A DNA stretch of 64,000 nucleotides, from positions 15,690 through 79,689 of the forward strand of contig CAIQKM010000017.1 of assembly GCA_903872345.1 (NCBI GenBank). Reading direction: 5' to 3'. Made by a program: the position numbers and the translations under genes. The notes beneath the pieces are model-generated. The model was not told the origin of the DNA. It did no database searches and worked only from the letters and a program-made list of their open reading frames with translations. How positions within the stretch are numbered: the stretch's first letter is position 1; each line of letters starts with the position of its first letter. Of this stretch, positions 43,826-52,741 are shown in pieces. The DNA comes from an uncultured Verrucomicrobia subdivision 3 bacterium. GTDB lineage: Bacteria; Verrucomicrobiota; Verrucomicrobiia; Limisphaerales; UBA11358.

Positions 43826-45089
43826 GCCGCGTCAAAAACACCACATCACCTTCCTCACGGAAGTGCGCGAGAGCTGTCTCATGGCGCTGGGCGCGCTCAA
43901 GGCGCATTTGCTGCGCTCGGCGCTGACGCTGCTGGGCGTGCTGATCGGCGTGTTTTCCATCATCGTGGTGATGACGGCGATGCGCGTGATGCAAAGCAAC
44001 ATCAACCAGCAGTTGAGTTCGCTCGGCAGCGACACGTTCATGATCAAGAAATGGCCGGGCGCGTACTTCGGCTATTCCGGCGACCTCGAAAAATACTGGC
44101 GGCGCAAAAACATCACCTTTGACCAGGCCAAAAAACTGGCGGACAAGACCACCCTGCCCCTGAACATCGGCGTGGAAACGGCCTTCTGGTCCGGCGAAAT
44201 CAAGACCCGCTACAAAACCAGCGCCCCGATTGTGCGGGTATATGGCGAGACGCCCGGTAGTTTCCCGGCGCACAACTGGAATCTGGGCGAGGGCCGGCTG
44301 CTGCTGGATGCGGATGTGGACGGCGCCCGCAGCATCTGCGTGCTGGGCAGCGCCCTGGCCACCAACATTTTCCCCAACCGCACGGCGGTGGGCGAGGAAC
44401 TGAAAATTGACGGCATCAATTATCTGGTCACCGGGGTCCTGGAACCCAAGGGCGGCGCGCTGGGCGGCGATCAGGACAACTTTGCCGTGGTACCGCTGAC
44501 CACCGGGCTGAATCGCTACGGCCGCTGGTATCGCAGCCTGAATATTCTGGTGCAGGCGCGCGACCGGGAGGCTTACGAATCCACGGTCGAGGAAGTGCGC
44601 GGCGCCTTGCGGGCCATCCGAAAAACTCCGCCAGGCGAGGACGATGACTTTGAAATTTCGTCCAACGATTCGATGATCGAGCAGTTCAACAACTTCACCA
44701 AATCGCTGCGCATCGGCGTGGCGGTGATCAGTTCCATCGCCCTGCTGGCGGCGGGCATCGGCATCATGAATATCATGCTCGTTTCCGTCACGGAGCGGAC
44801 CCGGGAAATCGGCATCCGCCGCGCCATTGGCGCCAAGAAACGGAACATCATGGTGCAATTCATCATCGAAGCGGTGGTGCTGTGCGAGGTCGGCGGGGCC
44901 ATTGGCGTGGTGCTCGGCATCCTCGGCGGCAACGTGCTGGCGTTCGCCTTGAAACTGCCGCCGGTGATTCCCTTTGACTGGGTGGCCATCGGCCTGGCGA
45001 TCTGTTCGTTGGTCGGAATTGTTTTCGGCACCTACCCGGCCTGGAAAGCGGCCAACCTGGATCCGATTGAATCGCTAAGGTACGAGTAG
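43818..45089 (+). CDS. ABC transporter permease (second MacB/FtsX paralogue)
   Basis: Same architecture (ERTREIGIRRAIGA). 8-nt overlap with the preceding permease gene. Confidence 0.85.
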   Translation: MNKPRQKHHITFLTEVRESCLMALGALKAHLLRSALTLLGVLIGVFSIIVVMTAMRVMQSNINQQLSSLGSDTFMIKKWPGAYFGYSGDLEKYWRRKNITFDQAKKLADKTTLPLNIGVETAFWSGEIKTRYKTSAPIVRVYGETPGSFPAHNWNLGEGRLLLDADVDGARSICVLGSALATNIFPNRTAVGEELKIDGINYLVTGVLEPKGGALGGDQDNFAVVPLTTGLNRYGRWYRSLNILVQARDREAYESTVEEVRGALRAIRKTPPGEDDDFEISSNDSMIEQFNNFTKSLRIGVAVISSIALLAAGIGIMNIMLVSVTERTREIGIRRAIGAKKRNIMVQFIIEAVVLCEVGGAIGVVLGILGGNVLAFALKLPPVIPFDWVAIGLAICSLVGIVFGTYPAWKAANLDPIESLRYE

Positions 45090-45119
45090 CCGAAGTCCCG
45101 CAGCTATGCCACCAGCCAA

Positions 45120-45683
45120 ATGCCGGCACTTTACTCCTGCAAGCCGGGCATTTTCAATCTAGGCAAACCGATTGCGCCGTGGCAAATTACCGCCGTCAAA
45201 CGCGCATTTATGATCACGCTTCCCTCCAAAAAATCCTGCGCCACCGCCGGCCGGGTGAGCAACTTGTTGCTGGGTGCGTTTGGCTTTTTGATGGTCATCT
45301 GGCCGGATGACTGGTATGTGGCCGGGTTGGGGCCGACCGAACCAAGGGGTCCGGTGACACTGGGTGAAGTAGCCCTTTATTCGATATTAACTGTCTGGTT
45401 TATTTCAGCGATTTTGCTCCTAAAACTGAAACGCTCCCGGCTGGTTCTGTCTGGAAGTCTCCCCGGCTTGGTCTTTTTTATATGGATTCTCGTTACGATG
45501 ATGTTGGAAGTTTGGCGGTTTACATTTTTCCCCAACGCTGAGGAACTGGCCCACCGCCCCTACGCACAGGAAGTGTATTGGGGTACATTCTTAATTGGGA
45601 CAACGTTTATTTCCATCGCCCTTGCCATTGCTACCGGCACCTTGGTTTCCATTTGTTTTTTACAACGCTCCTCAGATTCCTGA
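45120..45683 (+). CDS. membrane protein (about 4 TM), unknown
   Basis: Hydrophobic ORF directly after the ABC operon. A likelier start is the ATG at 45210 (MITLPSKK...). Confidence 0.4.
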   Translation: MPALYSCKPGIFNLGKPIAPWQITAVKRAFMITLPSKKSCATAGRVSNLLLGAFGFLMVIWPDDWYVAGLGPTEPRGPVTLGEVALYSILTVWFISAILLLKLKRSRLVLSGSLPGLVFFIWILVTMMLEVWRFTFFPNAEELAHRPYAQEVYWGTFLIGTTFISIALAIATGTLVSICFLQRSSDS

Positions 45684-45726
45684 TGCTACATTAACGGATC
45701 GAGCGCAATGGTGGTTGCCTTGGCAT

Positions 45727-47130
45727 TCAAATCTTCCACCCCGTCCGCGCCGGCAACCGGACGAACTGTTGGGCCTCGGGGGCATTCGTTGCGCGCATTT
45801 CCGGGCCGTTCCAATCCAGCGCCTTTTGGGTGCGCAAGGCCACCACGCCGGACAATACAATTTCCGTCAGGTGCCCGCCGGTTTCAAAACTGGAGAAGGT
45901 GGCCGACCCGCCGCCGCAGGCATTCACCCACTCCGCCAGATGGCCGGGACTGCGGGGCAGCGACACGGGAATGTCCTTGGTGGCGGCGTGGTGCTGAATG
46001 GCCGACAGGTTTTTTTCGCCTTTCAACTGAATGTATTCCGAGCCGTTCCAGGCATCCCCGAAGGTGAATCCGTTTTCGCCGAGTATCAGCACTCCCATCT
46101 TGGGCATTTCGCCGAAGTGATCCACCACGGTTTTAGGCACCACTTCAGACGGCGGCATGAGCTTGCAGTCGTACCACCACAGCGTCATGGGTGCCAGATC
46201 ACCGCGCGCGGCGAAATCGAAGCGCATCCGGTTCCGGCCCGAATACGCCGGCAAACCCATCAGGTCGCCATGGGATTCGACGCGAACCGGGTAATCCAGT
46301 TTCAGCGCGCGATAAGGCAGGTTCAGATTATGGCAGCCGAAATTGCCGATCACCCCGCTGCCAAAATCGAGCCACGCGCGCCAGTGCCAGGGATGGTAGC
46401 AACCGTTCTTGAAAGCCCGCCCCGGCCCCGGCCCCAGCCAGGCATCCCAATGCATGCCGGCGGGAACCGGATCGCCCACGGTGGGAATGGGCTGGCCCGG
46501 CGTGGTGCCAAACGGATCAAAAATCCAGCAATGGACTTCGCGGATTTGCCCGAGCGCCCCGGCCTGGATGACTTCAATGCCCCGGCGCAAATTTCCGGAG
46601 GCGCTGCCCTGATTGCCCATCTGGGTCACCAACCCGGTGCTTTGGCGGGAGAGTTCGCGCAACTGCCGGGCCTCGGCAACCGAATGCGTCAGCGGCTTTT
46701 CACAAAAGACATGTTTGCCCGCCTGCAAAGCGGCGGTGGCAATGGGGGCGTGCCAGTGGTCCGGCGTGGCGATGACCACGGCATCCAAGTCCGGCCGGGC
46801 CAGCAGTTCCCGGTAATCCACGTAATGGGCCGGCTTGAACGCGGCTTTGGCCAATGATTTCTCCGCCTCGCCAAACTGGTTTTCATCCACGTCGCACAGG
46901 GCGATGACATTGGCGTTGCAGCCGAGCATTTCCGTGAGGCGCGTGCGCCCCATACCGCCCAAGCCAATGTGGGCCACGTTCAGTTTGGTGAGCGCTCCTT
47001 TGGCTTTCAGCAGCGCGGGGACGCCCAAGGTTAAGGCATCGGTGGCGACGCCGGATAATTTCAGAAAACGGCGGCGGCTAAGACCGTTCGTTTTGACCTT
47101 ATTAACGAGCAAATGCGGCATGGCAGACAT
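45727..47130 (-). CDS. Tat-exported Gfo/Idh/MocA-family oxidoreductase
   Basis: Twin-arginine leader (LSRRRFLKLSG) and a Rossmann motif (VAHIGLGGMGRTR). Confidence 0.85.
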   Translation of the reverse strand: MSAMPHLLVNKVKTNGLSRRRFLKLSGVATDALTLGVPALLKAKGALTKLNVAHIGLGGMGRTRLTEMLGCNANVIALCDVDENQFGEAEKSLAKAAFKPAHYVDYRELLARPDLDAVVIATPDHWHAPIATAALQAGKHVFCEKPLTHSVAEARQLRELSRQSTGLVTQMGNQGSASGNLRRGIEVIQAGALGQIREVHCWIFDPFGTTPGQPIPTVGDPVPAGMHWDAWLGPGPGRAFKNGCYHPWHWRAWLDFGSGVIGNFGCHNLNLPYRALKLDYPVRVESHGDLMGLPAYSGRNRMRFDFAARGDLAPMTLWWYDCKLMPPSEVVPKTVVDHFGEMPKMGVLILGENGFTFGDAWNGSEYIQLKGEKNLSAIQHHAATKDIPVSLPRSPGHLAEWVNACGGGSATFSSFETGGHLTEIVLSGVVALRTQKALDWNGPEMRATNAPEAQQFVRLPARTGWKI

Positions 47131-47267
47131 GGATGGTTCAGACCTAAAAGGAAACAGTTAGGTTACTGAATATCAACATTATAATTGCCGGGCTGACCGA
47201 CGGGGCACATCCTGCCACTGCCCCCAATCCAGAGCTGTGACATCGTCAAAACCATTCGCCGGCCGGG

Positions 47268-47330
47268 TTTTCTCCCTTCTCCGCCATTGGTCAATGGGGG
47301 AGAAGGCCGGGGTGAGGTGGTGCTCATCTA
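47268..47330 (+). repeat. intergenic repeat family A, subfamily GGGGTGAGGTGGTGCTyATCT
   Basis: ttttctcccttctccgccattggtcaatgggggagaaggccggggtgaggtggtgctcatcta. Confidence 0.65.
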
Positions 47331-47381
47331 TTTAACTCAGGGCAGTGCCCCCAAGATGCGCCCTAGCCATTCTCCGGGCAT

Positions 47382-50300
47382 TCAAACCGGCTTCAAGCGC
47401 AGGATCAAATCCTTGCTCTCCACCGCCGAACCGTTTTGAACGCCGATTTCCTCCACCACGCCCGCGAACGGCGCATAAATGGTGGTCTGCATCTTCATGG
47501 CTTCCAGCGTCAGCAGCTTGTCGCCCTTGACCACCTTGGACCCGACATTTACCGCCAGTGCCGTGACCAGTCCGGGAATCGGCGCGCCGATTTCCGAGGG
47601 TTTGGACGGATCAATTTTTTGGCGGGCCTTCACCACCGCCTTGGCCGAGCGATCCACAATGGCAAGCTGGCGGGCCATGCCATTTAGCTCAAAGTTCACC
47701 GTGCGTTTGCCTTCTGGATCCACCGCGCCCACATTCAGCATGCGGATGAATAGAGTCTTGCCCGGCTCGATATCCACGGACAGTTCCTGGCCGGGCTTCA
47801 TCCCATAAAAGAACGCCGGCGTGGGCAGCACGGACAGGTCGCCGTTTTCCTTCGTAAACTTCGCGAATCCGGCGAAGACCTCGGGATACATGATATAACT
47901 GTAAACATCGTCCGTGGTCGGCTCCGGCTTGATCTTTTCGGCAATCTCCTCGGCCACCTTTTTCAGATTCAGCGGCTTGAGCCCGGCACCGGGGCGACCG
48001 GTGTTCGGCTTGCGATCCCCCAGCACCACGTGCTGTAATTTTTTCGGCCAGCCGCCCAGCGGCTGTCCCAGACCGCCGGAAAGCATATCAATGACGGATT
48101 CCGGGAACGGCGTGGCACCGGGTTCCAAATTTACCACATCGGCGGGCTTGATGCCGCGCGTGATCAGGAACATGGTCATATCGCCCACCACCTTGCTGCT
48201 GGGCGTCACCTTGACGATGTCGCCAAAGAGCTGGTTCACTTCCGCATACGTGCGGGCGATTTCCGGCCAGCGATGCGCCAGGCCCATGGAGGACGCCTGT
48301 TCCTTGAGATTCGTAAACTGACCGCCCGGCATCTCGTGCATGTACACTTCCGCGCTGCCGGCGCGGGGCGAGGAATCGAACGGCGTGTAAAATGTGCGGA
48401 CGTGCTCCCAATAATCGGCAAAGTCATTCAGCACCGGCAAATCCAGCCCGGTATCGCGCTTGGTGAACTGAAGCGCCGCCACCACGGAATTCATGTTCGG
48501 CTGGCTCGTGGAACCGGACATGGACGCAATCGCGAGATCCGCAATATCCACGCCCGCCTCCGCCGCACTCAGCACGGAAGCCGCCGCAATACCGCTGGTG
48601 TCGTGCGTGTGGAAATGAATCGGAATGCCGATTTCCTGTTTGAGCGCCTTCACCAGCGCATGGGCCGCCGCCGGTTTGCACAGACCGGCCATGTCCTTGA
48701 TGGCCAGAATGTGCGCGCCCATCTTTTCCAGTTCCTTGGCCAGCTTGATGTAATAATCGAGCGAATACTTGGCGCGCGATTTGTCGAGAATGTCGCCCGT
48801 GTAGCAGATCGCCGCTTCGCAAATGCCGTGCGTCTCCTGCACCGCCTCCATGGCCACCTTGAGATTCGGCAGATAGTTCAGCGAATCAAACAGACGGAAA
48901 ATATCCATGCCCGCCTCGGCCGCATGCTTCACAAACCCGGCCACCGCGTTGTCCGGGTAATTGGAATAGCCGACCGCGTTCGAGCCGCGGAACAGCATTT
49001 GAAAGCAGATGTTCGGCACGCGCTCGCGCAAGGCCCGCAGCCGCTGCCACGGATCCTCATGCAGAAAGCGCAACGAAGTGTCAAAGGTCGCCCCGCCCCA
49101 CAGCTCCAGGCTGAACAGATTCGGCGTGCGGCGCGCCACGGCATCCGCCACCGCCAGCATGTCGTAACTGCGCAACCGCGTGGCGAACAAGGACTGATGA
49201 GCATCGCGGAAGGTTGTGTCCGTCACGAGCAACTGCTTCTGCTTGAGCGTCCATTCGGCGAATTTTTTCGGTCCCAGTTCGAGCAGCAACTGGCGGGTGC
49301 CCTTGGGCGGCGTCTGCTTGTGATCCCAAGCCGGCGCCGGGGCAGCGAGCAGCACGTCCTTGGGCGAATAATTCTTCACCTGCGGATGGCCGTTCACCGT
49401 CACATCGCCGAGGTATTTCAGCAGCTTGGTCGCGCGATCACGACGGGGCTTGAACTTGAACAACTCGGGCGTGGTGTCAATGAGCGTGGTGGTCGCCATG
49501 CCGCTCTTGAAAATCTCGTTGTGAATGACGTTTTCCACGAACGGAATGTTCGTCTTCACGCCCCGGATACGGAATTCGCGCAGTGCGCGGTCCATGCGTT
49601 GCAACGCTGCCGCAAATGTCGGCCCGCTCGCCGTGAGCTTCACCAGCAGCGAATCATAAAACGGTGTGATGACGGAACCGCCATAGCCCATGCCGCCGTC
49701 CAGTCGTACGCCAAAACCGCCGGCCGAACGGTAGGTAAGAATCCGGCCGTAATCGGGCTGAAACTTGTTCTCGGGATCTTCCGTGGTAATGCGCGCCTGC
49801 ACGGCATAACCGTTGCGGCGGATCTCCGCCTGCGGGGGAATGCAGACTTCATCGCCATGCATCGGCTTGCCATCGGCGATCAAAATTTGCGAACGCACCA
49901 GGTCCAGGCCGGTGATCACTTCCGTGACCGTGTGCTCCACCTGAATGCGCGGGTTCATCTCGATGAAGAACCATTCCTTGGTATCGAGATCGTACAGAAA
50001 TTCCACCGTGCCGGCGTTGTCGTATTTCACTTCACGGCACAGTTTCACCGCCGCGGCGCAAAGTTCTTCCCGCACCTTGGGATCAATGCCCACGCCCGGC
50101 GCGATTTCAATGACCTTCTGGTGCCGGCGCTGCACTGAGCAATCGCGCTCGTGCAAATGCACCACATTGCCATGCTGGTCACCCAGAATCTGCACTTCAA
50201 TGTGCTTGGCCCGGGGAATGTAGCGTTCCAGAAAAACCGCCGGATTGCCAAACGCGCGCCCCGCCTCGCCCTGCGCCTCTTCCAGCAAGGATTGCAGATC

Positions 50301-50852
50301 CCCCGGCTTGGTCACCACGCGCATACCGCGTCCGCCCCCGCCGAAGGCCGCCTTGATAATCAGCGGAAAACCGATCTGCTTGGCCACCTTCATCGCCTCG
50401 TCGCGATCCTGAATGGATTCCTCGGTGCCCGGCAGCGTCGGCACGCCCACTTTTTGCGCGAGCGTGCGGGCGGCCGTTTTGTCGCCCATCATGCGCAGCA
50501 GATCCACGCGGGGGCCCACGAAAGTAATGCCCGCATCGGCGCACGCCTTGGCGAAATCGGCGTTCTCGGACAGGAAGCCATACCCGGGATGGATGAAGTC
50601 CACGCCCTTTTCTTTGGCCAGTTTGACAATGCCGGGAATGTCGAGATATGCCCCCACAGGCCCCTTGCCTTCGCCCACCACATAGGCTTCATCCGCCTTG
50701 AAACGGTGGATGGCCAGGCGATCCTCGGCGGCATAGATGGCCACGGTTTGCAACCCCAGTTCGGTCGCGGCGCGGAACACGCGGATGGCGATCTCGCTCC
50801 GGTTGGCGACGAGCAGCTTGCGTTGGCGTACAGGCGTATTGTTATCAGTCAT
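47382..50852 (-). CDS. pyc: pyruvate carboxylase (single-chain)
   Basis: Biotin carboxylase N-terminus (KLLVANRSEIAIRVFRAA), a central carboxyltransferase domain, and the C-terminal biotinylation motif LEAMKMQT. Start at ATG 50852. Confidence 0.9.
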   Translation of the reverse strand: MTDNNTPVRQRKLLVANRSEIAIRVFRAATELGLQTVAIYAAEDRLAIHRFKADEAYVVGEGKGPVGAYLDIPGIVKLAKEKGVDFIHPGYGFLSENADFAKACADAGITFVGPRVDLLRMMGDKTAARTLAQKVGVPTLPGTEESIQDRDEAMKVAKQIGFPLIIKAAFGGGGRGMRVVTKPGDLQSLLEEAQGEAGRAFGNPAVFLERYIPRAKHIEVQILGDQHGNVVHLHERDCSVQRRHQKVIEIAPGVGIDPKVREELCAAAVKLCREVKYDNAGTVEFLYDLDTKEWFFIEMNPRIQVEHTVTEVITGLDLVRSQILIADGKPMHGDEVCIPPQAEIRRNGYAVQARITTEDPENKFQPDYGRILTYRSAGGFGVRLDGGMGYGGSVITPFYDSLLVKLTASGPTFAAALQRMDRALREFRIRGVKTNIPFVENVIHNEIFKSGMATTTLIDTTPELFKFKPRRDRATKLLKYLGDVTVNGHPQVKNYSPKDVLLAAPAPAWDHKQTPPKGTRQLLLELGPKKFAEWTLKQKQLLVTDTTFRDAHQSLFATRLRSYDMLAVADAVARRTPNLFSLELWGGATFDTSLRFLHEDPWQRLRALRERVPNICFQMLFRGSNAVGYSNYPDNAVAGFVKHAAEAGMDIFRLFDSLNYLPNLKVAMEAVQETHGICEAAICYTGDILDKSRAKYSLDYYIKLAKELEKMGAHILAIKDMAGLCKPAAAHALVKALKQEIGIPIHFHTHDTSGIAAASVLSAAEAGVDIADLAIASMSGSTSQPNMNSVVAALQFTKRDTGLDLPVLNDFADYWEHVRTFYTPFDSSPRAGSAEVYMHEMPGGQFTNLKEQASSMGLAHRWPEIARTYAEVNQLFGDIVKVTPSSKVVGDMTMFLITRGIKPADVVNLEPGATPFPESVIDMLSGGLGQPLGGWPKKLQHVVLGDRKPNTGRPGAGLKPLNLKKVAEEIAEKIKPEPTTDDVYSYIMYPEVFAGFAKFTKENGDLSVLPTPAFFYGMKPGQELSVDIEPGKTLFIRMLNVGAVDPEGKRTVNFELNGMARQLAIVDRSAKAVVKARQKIDPSKPSEIGAPIPGLVTALAVNVGSKVVKGDKLLTLEAMKMQTTIYAPFAGVVEEIGVQNGSAVESKDLILRLKPV

Positions 50853-50955
50853 AATGGCGGCCCCATAAGACACCAAAGTGGCACGCATAAAGCAATTCGA
50901 GAAATCGAAAATTTTGAGCATGGACAGGGCAAATGAGTGGCTTTAATCTGCCACC

Positions 50956-51882
50956 GTGATTCGTCTTTTCAGCCGCCTTGCCACGGTGATAGCTTGGACC
51001 GCCCTTTCCGCCCGCGCGGCGGACTACCCGCCGGGCAGCCTCGCCGAACACCTCGCCACCAATACCGCCGCCCGCACGACCGGCGTGACGGATGTGTATC
51101 GCAGCACCTTGGAATTGACCGGCTGGGATTACAAGGCGGATTATTCCGGCACCAATCTGGTGTGGCTGACGCGGTCGGTCTGGTCCACCAACTGCTGGCT
51201 CAAAGGAGTGCAGGGCCTAAGCGCCACGCCCATTGGCATGGTTACCAACAACCTGGGCGGCCAGGGCCTGATGACCATGATCTCGCCCCGGCATTATCTC
51301 TGCGCCACCCACATGCACCCGGAAGGCCATCGCGCCGCCTTTCTGGACACCAATAACGTCCTCCACTGGCGCACCACCGTTCAGCGAATTGACCTCCCCG
51401 GCTCGCCCGCCAAGGGCATTGGCAATGACATTTCCGTGGGAATATTGGATGAAGACCTGCCGCCTTCGGTGGGGTATCTGCCGGTGCTGCCGACGAATTA
51501 TCCGGACTACCTCCCCGTGAATCCCGGCAGCGTGGTGCAGGGCATCGGCATGAATCAGGACCTGCGCCTCTTCAGCCAGCCCATGACCTTCGCCTTCCAA
51601 GGCTACGTGGCCTGGAACAGCGGCATCACCGTTCCGGAAGGTACTGCGAAAGACTGGAACGTCACCATCCGCGGCGGCGATTCCTCCGACCCCGACCTCC
51701 TGCTGATCCACAACCAACTGGTGCTGGTCTCCCACCATTTCTCGGTCGGCGGCGGCCCCAATTACAGCACCGCCTATGCCGCCATCAATGCCGCCATGCA
51801 TGAGCTTTCCACCAATAACCACGTGAAAACTGATTACCAGCTCACGCCCGTTTCGCTGGCGGAATTTCGGAAAGCTGATTAA
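50956..51882 (+). CDS. secreted protein, possibly a divergent trypsin-like serine protease
   Basis: GTG start and a signal peptide (…WTALSARA/AD). An ordered His/Asp/Ser-like triad context: ISPRHYLCATHM, GNDISVGILD, RGGDSSDP. The assignment is weak. Confidence 0.45.
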   Translation: MIRLFSRLATVIAWTALSARAADYPPGSLAEHLATNTAARTTGVTDVYRSTLELTGWDYKADYSGTNLVWLTRSVWSTNCWLKGVQGLSATPIGMVTNNLGGQGLMTMISPRHYLCATHMHPEGHRAAFLDTNNVLHWRTTVQRIDLPGSPAKGIGNDISVGILDEDLPPSVGYLPVLPTNYPDYLPVNPGSVVQGIGMNQDLRLFSQPMTFAFQGYVAWNSGITVPEGTAKDWNVTIRGGDSSDPDLLLIHNQLVLVSHHFSVGGGPNYSTAYAAINAAMHELSTNNHVKTDYQLTPVSLAEFRKAD

Positions 51883-52618
51883 ATCTCACACACTCCTCAT
51901 ATTTCACCCCGCTGCCGCCAAATATATCCAAGGCGGACCCGATGGTCAGATCCACCTTTCCCTGCCCCAGCCGCGTGACTTCCGTCAGATCCGCCAGTGA
52001 ATTCGCGCCACCCGCATAGGTCATGGGAATCGGCGTCCACTGGCCCAGCTTCTCCACCAGTCCCCCGTCAATGCCCCGGCACAGACCTTCCACATCCACG
52101 GCGTGAATTAGAAATTCCGCGCAATATTGCGAAAAAATCCGAAGCGTTTCCGCATTCACCACCAGGTCGGTGAACTTCTGCCAGCGATCCGTCACCACCA
52201 AATAATCGTCACCGCGACGACGGCAACTCAAGTCCAATACCAGCCGGTCCTTGCCAATGAGCTTAACCAGTTCCTCCAGCCGGGCCCAATCCACCCGCCC
52301 CTCGCGAAACACCCAGCTCGTCACGATCACATGCGAAGCCCCGGCCTCCAGCCACGTGCGAGCGTTGCCAGCATTCACGCCGCCGCCCAGGTGCAGTCCG
52401 CCCGGATACGCCGCCAGCGCGGCCCGGGCCTGATCTTCATTCCCGCCGCCCAGTTGAATCACGTGCCCGCCCGTCAACCCGTCGCGACGATACAGCTCCG
52501 CGAACCACGACGCCGGCTTCTCCGACACAAAATTGGTGCGCAACCCGGCCTCGCCGAGCGTGCCGCCGACGATTTGCTTTACCCGGCCTTCATGCAGGTC
52601 AATACAGGGACGAAACAT
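51842..52618 (-). CDS. hisA: phosphoribosylformimino-5-aminoimidazole carboxamide ribotide isomerase, eukaryote-type (His6-like)
   Basis: MFRPCIDLHEGRVKQIVGGTL, VDLSCRR, FLIHAVDVEGLC, YAGGANS and GKVDLTIGSALDIFGG closely follow the yeast His6 pattern as I remember it. Confidence 0.85.
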   Translation of the reverse strand: MFRPCIDLHEGRVKQIVGGTLGEAGLRTNFVSEKPASWFAELYRRDGLTGGHVIQLGGGNEDQARAALAAYPGGLHLGGGVNAGNARTWLEAGASHVIVTSWVFREGRVDWARLEELVKLIGKDRLVLDLSCRRRGDDYLVVTDRWQKFTDLVVNAETLRIFSQYCAEFLIHAVDVEGLCRGIDGGLVEKLGQWTPIPMTYAGGANSLADLTEVTRLGQGKVDLTIGSALDIFGGSGVKYEECVRFNQLSEIPPAKRA

Positions 52619-52741
52619 CGCCGCAAACTAAGCCGCCAAAGCAGAAATGAGAAGCCCAAAGTCCAACGTGGCGCAACTGTCCCGTCGCAGACCGGATGAA
52701 AGCGACGCCCCCTTCGCCTGTCGTCAGTTCGGATGCCAACC

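Noticed and set aside
48273-50138. 621-aa + strand ORF. Similar long antisense ORFs lie at 30761-32584, 18125-19567, 29186-30439, 33799-34827, 43746-44858, 45595-46857, 54427-55590, 55587-56744, 62297-63505, 7781-8995 and 6594-7340.
   Set aside because: Each lies entirely opposite a gene with unmistakable catalytic motifs (pyc, SSS, cobA/hemD, galK, xylR-type, FtsX permease, Gfo/Idh/MocA, ABC ATPase, aroB, RND adaptor, cytochrome/porin, lysR). Their translations are Arg/Gly/His-rich without domains, so they are GC-driven shadow ORFs.
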